Below are positions 1-13,250 of a stretch of 53,565 bases of DNA, piece after piece. The notes below the pieces were generated by a model. The model was not told the origin of the DNA. It saw nothing but the letters and a program-made list of their open reading frames with translations, and ran no database searches. The number at the start of each line of letters is the position of its first letter. Position 1 is the first letter of the stretch. A program made the translations under genes and the position numbers. Location of the stretch: positions 1 to 53,565 of the forward strand of contig CAJVPI010000104.1 of the NCBI GenBank assembly GCA_910592345.1, read 5' to 3'. Source of the stretch: Paraglomus brasilianum. Taxonomy: Eukaryota.

Positions 1-170
1 ATATATACTCTGTTGTGTACCCTGTTGTGTACATCGTTGTGCATAAATTATGTGATTATGTCGAATAAATATCACTCTGAGCTTATTTTGATTTGGTCCA
101 ACCCAAATCCCAATTGCGATTTGGGTCGACCCGATTTCGAATTGGGTCAGATTGCGATTTGGGTCAGAAC
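1..170. repeat. Cluster of short direct and inverted repeats, probably the end of a non-autonomous DNA transposon (may be cut by the window edge)
   Basis: ATTGCGATTTGGGTC occurs exactly at 113-127 and 151-165. An inverted copy ACCCAAATC is at 101-109, and GTTGTG(T/C)A occurs three times in 12-43. Confidence 0.45.
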
Positions 171-1936
171 ACATGTTTCATTGAAAAGGCTTGCGTTTGA
201 AGGATAATGCATCAGCCACTCACCATGAAATGGTAGGATGTGCTTGTAAATATTGCGCGTTTTGAGTATCCAAGTTTCTTCCTTTTATAATAGCATTTGA
301 TATTGCAATCTCTAACGTTAAAATGAATCAAACAAAATAATTAGAGGGGACGATTTAATAAACAACACCAAGATCTAAGGAACTTAAACAAGGCAATTTG
401 ATTGCTTTTTATCATGTTAAAACTTACTTTTAACAATAGATTGTATATCAATTATTTTTGAACAATTAGATAAATGTGATAAAACAGTACTATAATAAAG
501 CTCCCAGCTAACCAACTTTGTATCCACAGTGAATCCAGTACCCATATCTGATATTTATGATGTACCAGCCTTGACAAAATGACTTCTACAGAAGCAACCC
601 TAATACTTAACAGTTTGTTGATAAGGAAACAAACATGTGACTCGATCGAACAAAATAAAAGCAATGATGAACATATATTGCAATTGGCCTCTAAATTCAA
701 AATATTAATTAGTATAACTGTTTTTGAAGTTAATTCTCTGGATTTTGATGATCAGATCCTTAATTTTGTAAATTTATCCTCTGGAAAATCATGTATTACC
801 GTTTCGACATAGTATTAGAAGCTCTGATTACGATACTTTCTGATTGGCATCCTCAATCTCTGAACCCTTACCACTTTAATTAAACTTTATGGTACAAATC
901 TAGAGAAGAGTGTGCGGAAGATTGACATCGATGCACAGGATTGAAGCGCGTATGCACGCGCCAAGCATGAATGGTATGCGCCAGTAAAAAAGGTGAATAT
1001 TACCATGCTTTGTCTTGGTTAAAATAGGTTGGGCAACAATGTTGAGGCTTGGTGCATTCTTGCTCCGATTGCTAGTCTGCGTGGCCAGTCGATCTTACAC
1101 TATTACTATGATTTAATGGATTCCATACATACCAATACAGCACTATATTATTAATATTATTAGCATGGGAATTTTCATGCACGCCCGTTCGTCGGAGAAT
1201 TAAATACTTGAAAGACGAGGTAATAGTAAGCATATCATATTGCGCTAATTTATTTGTAGTCCTTTTCTGGCAGATCCTTATGCTCTCTGGAAATCGTTTT
1301 CACCTTCCCACATGGACGTCCTGCATCATGTGAAACCATGTGTATCTCTTTAAGACAGTCCCGTCATTTATCTCGGATATTAAGCACACGCAATATCAAG
1401 CTGTGCATAATGAGCAATCGCAAATCAGATGAAAATGCTATAAGCATAATTACTTTTATAAAATGAAATGGAAACATCTATTACTGGAGTGTTGACTCTG
1501 TCTATACTAATACTAATACTAATACCTCATTTACAGAAAAAAATGAACCGATTGAAAGCTCAAAAAGACAAAAACTTTATCACAATGTTCGGTTATTGTA
1601 ATTTGACAATTAATTAAATTCAAAGTTAATACTCATAATATTTAATGTATAAACCTCATATTTAACTTGCATATTTAAAACATGATCTATTACTGGGAAC
1701 TAGAAATCTATTGACATAAGTCCAATATGTACTTATTATATACACGGAGAGTAAAAAAACACTAATAACGACAATTAGTCGCTACATAAAATATATATAT
1801 TCCGTATCTATAAAGATCCGGAATTTGATATTAATGACGATCCATCTTTCTATGGATTTGACATATCAACTACAAATTTCCTAATGGCAATGTCATTGTA
1901 ATGTGCGCGCTCAAATATACACGTTTAACCCGCGTT

Positions 1937-4900
1937 TCACTCTTCTAACCAAGGATGATTGAGTACTTCAAATATTGTCGGACGCTTGTCTATGTTGCGG
2001 CTTAGCATCTTTTTTATAAGATCAATAGAACCTATAATTGCAATTGAGAATTCGAGAAATAATTTTGTTGTTGATATAAGTATTATGAATAACCTTTGCC
2101 CTACACACAAATAAAACCAAATATGTGTGTTCATACCTTCTGACAATATATACGGAATACGTAAATCTCTTGAAAGAATCTCATTTATATTATAGAATGG
2201 ATTCTCTCTATATATAAGCGTATATAACAAGATACCAAGAGCCCAGATATCTTGCGGCGGACCATCATATTCCCGACCAGTCAACATCTAAAGTCAACAA
2301 AATGCCCATGTTAACACATGTTAACACATAATACACTTCCAACACTTGTACATTACTCCTCTCTACGTTCCATCTTACCTCGGGCGCAGCATAATCCAAA
2401 GTTCCACGGAATGTATTGTACTTCTTGCCGTCTTGAATATATGCAGCACTCCCAAAATCAATCAACTGTATAGTGCCATCCTCATCCAAAATAACGTTCT
2501 CGTCTTTGATATCCCTATGCACGATATTATTCTTGTGCAAATGCCCAATCGCACAGGCAACTTGTCGGAATATCGATTTGATTTCAGTTTCGGGCATCGA
2601 AGCGTCGAGTTCTATGTACCCAAACAAGTCCATTCCTGTTCCATGAAGATTCATTTCAATGTAGTAATGGTTTTCGTCTTCAAAAAAGTCGGCTGTTGAT
2701 GGGAGTTTGAGAATAATAAATACATAATTCGAAATAAAAAAGCTGCGATACAAGACCGTTACATAATGCAACGGATCATTATTAGATACGTACTCATTTG
2801 TACTATATTTGGATGAGAGAGTTGCCGGAGTGTATGGAGAATGTGTATCTCTGATGGAATATTACCAAGTATTTTATGACGTATCCAATTGTCGACAAGA
2901 ATCTTTGACTTGAAGACAAACTTCAATACCACTAGTTTCTATAATAAAACAAAAGCATTATAAACAACACAAACGGATAGATATACAAACTTCTGTTTTG
3001 CTCGTTCAATCGCACACTCGCAGACTCACCTTTTCGGGATCTTTCATATTGTATGCCAACTTGACAACCCCATAAGCACCTTCTCCCAAGATGCGTAGAA
3101 TCTTGTAATCATCAATGGTTTTTGCATGAGTAACGGCCGAATACAAACAAGGATCAAACGATTCTTCGCCTGATGAAACTACCGGTGGATTAGCATCAGG
3201 TAACGCACCATCCTCGGCCACTTGCGTTGGAGGTTTTCCACCAGCGGCCAGGAATTTCGACATTGGGAATTTTTCTTCATCATCGCTATTGCTCTGTTCA
3301 TCGTCTACAGTTTCTTCTCTCTGCATTGCCTCTTCGGTCTTTGTCTCGTCCTCTTTCTTTGAATCTGCTATGGCAGGTCGAGCTTTGTCATTTTCGCTTG
3401 GAACCATTTCCAGGCTTCTGTCGTATGTTATCCATAATGCATGCAACGGCTCGTTAGAAGATTCGACTACTCGCATCTGTATATCAATATTAAATTCGGT
3501 CCCATCTCTATGCACCGCGGCAATGCCAGACGGTCCGCGTGTAAGTAGGGGAGACGCGGAAATTTTCGTTGTAGAGATATAATTAGAATACGTCGACTTG
3601 AGCAAGATTGCGGCATGACGGAACGCACTCTCAGATATTACAGTTCCCTCGACTAGTTCGTTCTCTGATTTCAAGATCTCGATCAAACCCGGAAATTGTG
3701 GTAACAAAGACTGTATATTCTTCTTTCCGATCAATGCTTGTCCACTTATTCCAAACAAATATTTTGCGAGATCCGGACTACATGACTGAATAATCCCCGA
3801 CGAATAAGCAGTAATAACTCCTACAATAGGCGAGATAGAAACGATTTTAAACCGATATACGTCCATAGCCTCTGATCCCGGTTCATTTGCGGTCTCGTTC
3901 TTGCGCACAATCTTTCCAATAATCGGGAAATTTTCTCTGAGAGCAGAGTAGCTGCCGTAAAATTTGGTCTTGTTTATTTGTTCGATGTTTAGAATAGGTT
4001 TTGATGAACCGTCTGTGGATACAGAGATTGTTTCGAGTTTAGGTATTAAAGTGGTTATATTAGTTCCTTCCAGTTCTTCGGGGGGACAGCTGTAGAGAGC
4101 CTTTAGGTCACCAGATGCTTTGAGAATTGTTCCCTAAATACAAGAGCCATATCGTTAAAATGGAAAGGGGAAAAAAGTAACGCCATAAAGAGTCCAGATA
4201 ACATTTTTACAGACGAACCTCTTGGTTGACTTCGATATCCATTGTCGATTCAACAATTTCCTGGAAGATCCAAATGAATATAGAATTACCGCAATCATCC
4301 TTCTTTCCTTTGAGCCATAAAGAAGCAGCTGACACCTCGTTATTTTTCTTTTGTATCGTTATCTGTAAAATAATCACAAAAAATTGTAAACATGGGCATG
4401 CAAGAAAAAATCACGGGAGAACATCCCTTCCTTCATATAATACTTACGACTTTACCACATGCCAATACCGATTCATTCTCCTCTCCGTTCTCTGACTTTG
4501 TCCAAGCCTTAATTTGCTTTTCGGAAAAGGAACTTGCTATCAAATCAAGAGCCTTGATACTGCATAGTTCCGACCTCGGATAACAAAAGACTAAACTAGC
4601 AATATCGTTAGCATTCAAAATATTTCCATGAATGTCTGTAGTGATGATCGCATGGATTTGGGGCAGAAATCTGTTAGGAGAATGTAAAATGGGCTGATGC
4701 GTTGCCGAATAGAACGACGGAATGTCAGTCAGAGTTCGCTTGAGTCTACGTTTCTGGTGTCTGTTATGCTCCATGTCTGATATGTCATGTGGAAGAACAA
4801 TGTCCTTTGGAGAAGCATTAGAATGAACGAGTAGCGTAGTTCGCACGTAGGGAATCCGCCATCCTTTCACTTTGCTTTTCATAAAGTCAATCGACCGCCT

Positions 4901-5522
4901 TAGTATATTCTGACTGCTTTCTGCAAACTGGTTATCGTCGTCATCGTGGTGGCTGCGGACAGGCTGGGTGAAGAAACGCGGAAGGTCGGAGATATTGGCA
5001 CGGCCTGTGGGGAATAGGTTGACAGCTTGTGTGTGATTTAACTCATTAGGGAAGACTGTCTCGTTGCTAAGCAGGTCTTGCTCGCCGCTATTAAAAAGAA
5101 TTGTAGAATAAAATGAAGGTTGATTGAAAGTTGTAAAAAGGTGAACGGAAAGTTGGAGCGTGATATTAATAGCAATACAACGAGACAGTCTAACGAGATT
5201 ATATTCAAGTGGATTGCAAGATCATATTCTCTTTGTTCTGTATCCGTGAACCTTTATTGATATAGTCTCTTTGTATCAGCCCCGTCATATATGCTCACAA
5301 ATAGGTTCTGATCTATGTGTATACGGCCTTGATCAGGGAGAGAGTAATACTCACTGAATGTAGTCGTCCTCACTTTCGTGAAGGTGCAAATACTTTTCTG
5401 TTCGATATGGTGACTCTACGAGTTTAAAATTTACACGAGTTAGCTATGTTCGTATATATATATCTCTCTCTATCTAGTCTTTTAAACTATAGAATTACAG
5501 TACTACCTGTGACTTGGGTCAT
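1937..5522 (-). CDS. PAS-domain Ser/Thr protein kinase (PSK1/PASK-like)
   Basis: Spliced model, approximate exons 5522-5507, 5415-5355, 5087-4448, 4362-4219, 4133-3030, 2938-2794, 2692-2379, 2287-2137, 2031-1937, all GT-AG. Kinase motifs are LGEGAYGVV, VVLK, HRDIKDEN, DFG, GTLDYAAPE and YDGPPQDIWALG. PAS-like segments are AIITTDIHGNILNANDIA and HRDGTEFNIDIQ. The two 5' exons are less certain. Confidence 0.88.
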
Positions 5523-5979
5523 GTTTAATAGTGATATGAGAAAAAGAAAGTCTTTTTCGCAAAGAGAGAGTAAGTGTTGAATGTGTCTTGAGTATTAAAT
5601 TAATTCAGTGTTTTAATCTAAAATTGCGTTAGTGTGGAATAATTTATTTTAAACTGTTGATTATGAGGAAAAGGGAGGGGGAGATGACTGCACTGTATTT
5701 ATTGCTGTATATGTACAATGTATTTTTAAATTAGATGCATTTTGCTCATTTGGGGGGTTTCTCTTTTTTTTTGCAGGTAAAAAAAAGATCAGGTGACAAA
5801 ATGATGTAACAAGGGTTGTAATAGACTGGCTGTGTTTTAGTGATTAAATGAAACGTTTGCGTCAGTCGAATTGATTAATCGGTCAGTTTCCTCAATTGAA
5901 CCCGAAAATGTTAATGTTAATCGATTAAAGGGTTCCGATTTATAGTAGACTGAGATTTTAAGGGTAGAGTCGAGGATAT

Positions 5980-6020
5980 GGGGAAGGGGGGAAGGAAAGG
6001 GGAAGGAAAGGGGAAGGAGA
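5980..6020. promoter_or_regulatory. Polypurine/polypyrimidine tract upstream of the PAS kinase (CT-rich on the coding strand; G-runs could form a quadruplex)
   Basis: An uninterrupted G/A tract with several G-runs lies about 460 nt upstream of the predicted ATG. CT-rich tracts near transcription starts are common in fungi. Confidence 0.35.
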
Positions 6021-7750
6021 GATTTTTTTTGTGGACACAATCGTGGGCGTTACTATTAATGGCCACGAGTTTTTGAAGATGGATGCTTCTGAAGATCGGC
6101 TTAATCGAGAGATTTTCGCTGATGTGCGGAAGGGTTAAAACAAAACAAATAAACGAATGTTACTAATATTACGTGTTGGTTAGAAATCGGTTTCTTTCCG
6201 ATACACATGGCAGCAATTAAAGAGTAACAGGTGATATCTAGCGGTTTCTCCTTTTTATTTTTTTCTGGAATGTTGTCGAATAAATTTGTTATCACATCTG
6301 GAAGCTAGGAGAGGAATCTTTGATCCAGTTAAGATCGTCTGTAGCACTGGTGTAACAAGCTTGTGCTGTTGGAAATTATCGCGGATGGATAATAATAATA
6401 ATGATAATGATAATAAATGGATCAAGAAAAATGAAAGATTATTATTATTATCGATAGTAAAGTCGCCTTTACCCAAACGGATTGCCGTTTCACTTGTATG
6501 CACGTACCTCAACAAAGGACGTAACACGGCATGTATATTAATAACAAGACTATTGCTGTAAGAATGAGTTCCTTTAGCCTTGTTCGGTCAATTCCTGGCT
6601 TTTGGATTGGTTTTATGGTTCGAACGTTGTACTTTTCATTATACGTGGACTTTTATTAGGTGCATTGAATAAAGAATTGATAATGAAATAGAACGAGGTC
6701 TCACAACAACGGTTTGTTAATATTAAGCCACTCCCCCAATCACAAGCCTAACGGACATGACGCCACATGAGAATTACATAAACCAATCCAATGGCATTTA
6801 ATGTAAGTGCCACGTGCATTGTATTAACTTCCCATGGCGTTAGATGTCACAAACCACCCTCAATGGGATTTAAGCTAATATTCAAAGTATGCGGGTAACG
6901 TTTTCTAAGATGCTGTCTACATTAACATTAATATACACAACCTTTAACACATAGACTTTTTGAATTAGCTATGTGAATTCTATCTATTCATTGTATGTAC
7001 GTATCTCCAAGCCACAAACTAATATTAGCTTTTCAAAGCATAAACTGAAAATGACCTATACATTTGTCTGTTTTTATGCAGTGTTCAAGCCATAATCGTG
7101 GTACATGTAGTACTTAAACCCCGGTACCTCCAGAAATGTTTGGCATGTGAAATAACTCCGACAACAATCCAAACGCCTCTTTTAGCTGACATGAGGTTCG
7201 TTCAAAACTTCCAGAATAGAACTAGTGAGCAAACATGTGAAAGGGTACATCATTAGCTAATCAATAAAGACAGCCGTTTTATTTCGTAAGGAACTCGTGA
7301 CCATGATTACACAATTAGGAGTCGGACTTTAACACAGGCTTTAATATTAATAATGCATCGGGTAGTTATCATGTAGAGTCACCGTTAATATTAGTGTGAC
7401 AATGCTTGCATTCTGTAGGCAATGACACTAAATGGGATACTTTCCAGTTTGTGTCGACGAATGAAACAGAGACATGAAACATTATTGACAACTGTTACAC
7501 TATTAACATATATCATCATTAGTATTTAGGGAGAGAGTGCGAAACTGTATATAAATGGTTAAATGCTTTTTACTGATGTCATCATCTGTGTTACTTTAAT
7601 GATGGTCATGTGCCGGTGGGATTTTTTGTTCCATATAATCCTACCAGTTTTACGCTTTCGTTTTGACATCATAAAATAATGCTGACTAATCGTCTTGTAA
7701 AAATATTATGTGAGCATCGATGAGAATCCCTCAGATACCATTTTCTGCGA

Positions 7751-7780
7751 TGTTTGTTTGTTTGTTTGTTTGTTTGTTTG
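7751..7780. repeat. (TTTG)n microsatellite
   Basis: About 7 perfect TTTG units. Confidence 0.9.
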
Positions 7781-9842
7781 CTCTAATTTGGCCAATTGTA
7801 AAAAAATCTGTCGGGTGGGCCGGCATTACATTAGTATTAGAGAAATCGGAAAGGAAATGCCTAAAAGATTCCCACATGAAATAACATGTGTCGTTCGCAT
7901 AATATTTCCTGACACACTAGACAATAAACCACTAACTTGATGAAATGGGCCATAGCTCTTTAATTCCCATTGATGATGCAAATTTTTAAATAACGATGGT
8001 TTTTTTTACCAAAAGAAGAAGCATCTGCCGACTTTTCGGACACGGCTAAATTTGTATCACTGGAAGTTCTGCATATGTCAAAATACATGATCATAATGCG
8101 CTAACCTAATTTAATAGTATCTTCGACTTGCAAATATTACACGCTTTTTCAGTGTCGACGTTTGCAGATGAAATGTCGTGCAATGTGACAGAGCCAGGCT
8201 GATTATGCGACAGCCACATCGCGAACGACAGTATATGAACCCCTATTAATTAGATAGATAACATACAACTTTGGCTGTAATGACAAATGGAGACACCGTA
8301 TCGACAAGAGGCATCCTAATTGAAAAATATACGTTGTCCTCAAAAAAGTACCTGTGTTATGTGAGATCGGACTGACTTTAAAACACTTGTAACTCCATCT
8401 AAACTGAGATAACTCCCTTGTGAGAAAAACCCAAAAACATTACCCTTAACAATTTCGAGCGTGGCAGTTTTGTACGGAAGGCATTCCTATTGCTCATATC
8501 ATTCAGAATAGTGGCAGAACCACCGTAATTTTCCGAGTAAACAATTGACGGTATCTTCAATAAGGGTTTGGCCACGAGGATAGCCCCCACTTAATGACAA
8601 AGACATTCACAAAGCACTATAGTATGACCTGTGGTCATGTGACGAATGGGGGTGATGATAATAATAAAATCGGTCTAATTTATAATTGTCATCTCAATAG
8701 CAGAAAATCAGTGATTATACTCAGCTTATGAGTCACTAAACCCCCTTCCCCTTGAGGCGGGGGTAAAGATTGGGGGGAAAGGGTAATTTTGCAAAATTGA
8801 ATAAACAACTGTTCATGTGTGCTACTTGACTCAAGTCCAACTCTCGTTTTCGGGCAATTCAGAAAGACTACCGTAGTTATTCCTTACATTCAAAAGTCAT
8901 ATAACGGGGTTTGTTAACAAAAAAACTTATCACTACCTTGGTCGTTGATCAAATTTGCTCAAGATTCCCAAACGCTTTGGTGTGTGGATACTAATATACC
9001 GCGATGATTTTGATCGCTTCAAATAGAGTATAATGACGCAATCGTAAAGCAATGCAGGAATTATCGATTGGAATGTGAAATAACTTATGAAGTATCCTAA
9101 ACTTCTCCCAAGCCTCTCTGCGGTATTACTTGCTGTATTTTCAGGCAGCATCTTATCATGTGAATAAATAACATACACACTCGCTGGTCAGCGATGATAC
9201 ATTCATCTCTTCCCATAAAAATCTATACATTGACTTTTTGCTGATGTCCGTAATGTCATAGAAATTGCGCCATTTTTCATTTGGCGAGACTATATGCTCA
9301 TAAATTTATCTGGTGTTGATGAGCCTTGGCAAGCGTTCAACTTCTGCCGTAATAAAGTCTTCATTTTCCCATGACTGTCTATAGTGCTGCCTTGCCAGAA
9401 ATAGGCTCTGTGCGATGTTTGATTAATGTGGACTGCCCAAACTGTGTAAGTTCGCGTGTGTACGTAACGTGTAATATGAAGCATTACGCGATCGATAATT
9501 AGGATAATACTATGTATGCTGCGCATATCGATATGCACTCTGAGGTTTATCGATATCGCTAAAGATTATATCCCCTCTCATTGTCTTTTCGCAAAGTCTG
9601 ACTACTAACCTCTTTGAAAACTTCCTTATTTTACGAGGACCTGAACAACTCCAAGGCGTTTTACTATCACTATCTTTGGCATGGACATGGCTGGCTAAAA
9701 GTGGATATTTTTGGTAATCTGTTTAAACAATGAACTTTATGTTGTTGTTACAAAATCTAAAAGCTATGATTCGAAATCTTAGCTAGACCCTGTAGCATTA
9801 TTTTTTCAAAGTACAAAAGAGTGAATTATCGACATAAGTAAG

Positions 9843-10483
9843 TTACTCAGTTTCTCGGGTACGAATGCGAGCTTTGCTATTAGTTATCCTTATATTCAGC
9901 TGTTGTGCACGCTTTAAAATATCCAAGCGATGGCGCGAAGATACATTGTGTGCTATACAGATTGTGTGAGAGCATAAGAATAAGAAAGTGCGTTAGAACT
10001 ATGACGATATCGGGTTAAAGTTCCCTACACCATAGACTTCAACCGAACCGCAACGGTTTTATACACACCCTCTCCTACCCACACTTCTCGATCTCTCACC
10101 AAAAACGCAAACTCACCTATCTCAGCTGCATAAGTCTTGTTGTGCATAAGCAACAATTCCAACTCTCGAACATTGTACACTAGAAACTTTTTGAACCCGT
10201 TTGGCATCAAATGTTTGGTCTTTTTGTTCGAACCATATCCAATCTTGGGCATTGGAAGCTGACCCTTGAACCGACGACGAACACGATTGTCAATTCCTTT
10301 GGGCTTCCTCCATGATTCCTACAAAATGATACATCAAAGCATCTTGTTAGTTTTATACAATCAATACATCACTTACAATACAAGAATTCTTACCTTTACG
10401 CTCTTGTAGCGATCAGATTGATGTCGTTTGAAGATTTTTCTACGCTTCTTGACGATTTTGACATTTTTTACGGGGTTCACCAT
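9843..10483 (-). CDS. RPL32: 60S ribosomal protein L32 (eL32)
   Basis: Exons 10483-10394, 10318-10117 and 9952-9843 give [64 protein letters not shown]...AAEIAHNVSS...RETE*. A probable 5'UTR intron runs 10863-10489 (AAG|GTGAGT...TAG|GGAAAATG). Confidence 0.97.
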
Positions 10484-10527
10484 TTTCCCTAATTTTCGTA
10501 GAGTTGACAAAAAAAATATTCAATTGA

Positions 10528-10713
10528 TTATGTTGCATTTCCTTCTTGATGGCCAATCTGATGTGACAATCATCATAGGAGAAAAATAGCAGCGGGCAAA
10601 GCAACTCTACTTGTTAACGAACATTATGGGAATCATTGCAATCCTCCATTATCTTGAAATGATTCCTTCCAATGGGCAGCAAGAATACTTGAAAGGTTTG
10701 CTCGTCCATTGGG
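10528..10713 (-). ncRNA. Candidate intronic structured RNA (H/ACA snoRNA-like) in the RPL32 5'UTR intron
   Basis: Three successive hairpins on the sense strand end in ACATAA. No canonical H box was found in a hinge and no family was recognised. Confidence 0.35.
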
Positions 10714-11329
10714 TCACAATTGCTTTTCCAACAAAGCTTAACCCGCCTCATATTAATCACTTATACGCCACAACCCCTACTCGTCCCGCATACATATTGT
10801 CCCTCTAAACCTTTCAACTGATTAAGCAACCTCTAAAACACAAAACAGTGACGGATGACTCACCTTGAAATGGATGGTTGTGAAGAGGGAATTCTCTAAT
10901 GACAAACCCACCAAATTTATTTGATCGACAGTGCTGACTTCATTCGTTACACAAATTGCGGGTGATATCATTCATTCAGTGGCTTTTACTATTCTCCACT
11001 TATTTATTGTGGATGGGTCTACTTCAGTGTCTTACCGATGCATGAAAAAAAAAACAACTTTACATCTATGTCAATCAATTGAATTCGGCGAAATGGAAAC
11101 CAGTACAAAGCTTTGTCAGCGCGTAAAGGTTATATATTCGGGTTACGTATATTCATCGACATAGCTAAACAATCTTACTAGCAAAATTGCGTTGCCCATA
11201 GTAGTTGCAAAGTCAGACAATTTCTCTTTTTTCTAGTACACTCATTGATAATCGTAAATTAATAAGATTTATCCTTCACTTCTTTAGTATGCGTCTGCTG
11301 AGTAGAAGTTATTACGTAGCATACTGTTA

Positions 11330-12530
11330 AAGTTTGTCTGTTGTATGGCTTTCATTGTCATATATTGCAATATTATAATCCGAGGCTAACCAGTGGACAT
11401 CAAATGCATAATAATACCAAAAGAATATATGTTTTATTTCCTGACTAAGATCACATATGAAGGATTGTGTCTCATAATCACCATCATGCACAACTATGTT
11501 TCTGCCATGAAGATTGCAATGTACTAATCCCACAGAATGAATATCACTCTACTCTGATAAATTGCAATATCTTTCAAATGCTGTAATTTCATCCTCCATG
11601 TCAATTTGTTAGTATTTTGATCCAAATAAGATAAAAGACTACCATTGTTAGCATATTACATAACAATCATGTATTATTATCCAAACAATTCAATATTGAA
11701 TAGTTTACCTTATCATAATATGAATCATCTGCCTCATCGGTTATTTCAAACGCAATCAATTTAACATCAACACTCTTTAAGACGGCATAATCTCTCCTAC
11801 CGTGCATCATTTGGTGAGTTGGTTTGTAGATTTCTTGATAAACTAATCGAGTTGGTTATTCTTGCTAGTCCATCCATGGGAAAATTGTTTATGTCCACAA
11901 ATGCACCACACAGGACTACATCGGAGTATCCCACGTGCGGAGCAGAATCCACAAAGAGAATAACACTGGTAAAAGCATCTATCAGCAACCATATAATATT
12001 TATCGTCATACTCGGTAAATCCGATTATTGAGCAATTGTGACGATGAAGCCATGTAGAATATCTTCTGAAGTTATTGCCACAATTACTGTGGGTCGGAAG
12101 TGAGTATATTCTGGCAAACTCACTCACGAGTGTTGTTGTACATTGTTCGACACTTCCAAGCAATACCAGCATCATCGGCTTTTTATTAACGCTTAAATGT
12201 TTGCGTGCAATTAGCGTAGTAGACGTTGCCAATTTGACTTGACTCTATGTCGGCAATCTCCGAGTAATGAATCCATCCAAGTTTGCTAGCTGCAATTGCT
12301 TACTCTTGACCCCTGGAACTAACGACATAATTAACTCTTTATTGTGTAGACATTGCACATCACCAAACCGTAAAGTCTAACAATAGCAATCAGTTGTGTA
12401 TGCATAGTAGGCACATACTAAATTTCCTCGACCAGGTAAACCGATTTCCCGTTCTCAGAATGTTGTGAATTAACCACATCTAACATTTCCTTTGCGATAT
12501 CCGCCAATGTATTGAATTTCTCAAACCTCA
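11330..12530 (-). pseudogene. Degraded protein kinase gene (tyrosine-kinase-like type)
   Basis: Fragments lie in shifting frames with stops: CGFCSARGILRCSPVWCICGHKQFSHGWTSKNNQLDKFIKK, MIVM*YANNGSLLSYLDQNTNKLTWRMKLQHLKDIA and GLVHCNLHGRNIVVHD...ICDLS. Confidence 0.72.
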
Positions 12531-12977
12531 TAAGCGCTGCACTATTTTTATTTGTCATGAAAACAATTATCTTGTTAATAATAGCAAAAAATAAACAAGT
12601 AATATTCAGGCTGATAGGATAAGCAAAGAGAAGTAATACACTTTGCCAAGAATTTTAAAAGTCAACCCGTCAACTACACTCTACCACTTGCGCTATAAGC
12701 TGTTTCTCAAAATTCGCTTTATTATTATAAAGTTATATGAAATTTGGACGTCAGTGTCACGATTTTTGTTGTATATTACCATTACGCCATATTCCCTTTT
12801 TCTATTCACTTTCTATGAATCAATGGATTTCAAAGTATCCAACGACAAAGCTGAATCTGACATTCTCCTAACCAATTTACTGCTCAATTATAACAATATG
12901 TAAGTTCAATAAAATGCTTGGTTATCTATCGATATGTAGCTTACGCGCATATCGATACAAAATAATATTGGGTGAAC

Positions 12978-13250
12978 GCCGTTCATTCGCCCGAAATTTA
13001 TTTCCCAATCATTTCTCCGACAACTATTCCCCAACAATCATTTTTCGAAGTTATGTTTCTCATCGTAAAAATAAATCAGGTGGGCAATGTAGGCGCTTTG
13101 ACAAACATTAACGAATTGAGCTTTCACAGAAGCATTACTGTCAAATGTTGGGTTAATTTTACAGATTATAAATAATAAATATAAACATAGGCGAATTTTT
13201 ATATAATAATTGGTCAAATATTTTTCGAGAAATGATTGTCGGGATAAACC
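12978..13250. mobile_element. Small degenerate fold-back/MITE-like element
   Basis: TCCCCAACAATCATTTTTCGAA (~13028-13049) is a near-perfect reverse complement of TTCGAGAAATGATTGTCGGGA (~13223-13243). A further AATCATTTCTCCGA copy lies in the left arm. Confidence 0.45.

Noticed and set aside
440..900. Short ORFs 452-700 and 579-812
   Set aside because: They have no recognisable domain or credible splice model.
6100..9540. Many 60-90 aa ORFs in the spacer between the PAS kinase and RPL32 (likewise 33900-35700, 40390-41430, 45550-47110)
   Set aside because: They often have non-ATG starts, include microsatellite-derived runs and lack motifs, consistent with random ORFs in AT-rich DNA.
10528..10600. 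TCCTA...CCAT resembling U17/snR30 m1/m2 motifs
   Set aside because: The motifs are incomplete and CCAT is about 15 nt from ACA, farther than in U17. It is kept only as a generic H/ACA-like candidate.
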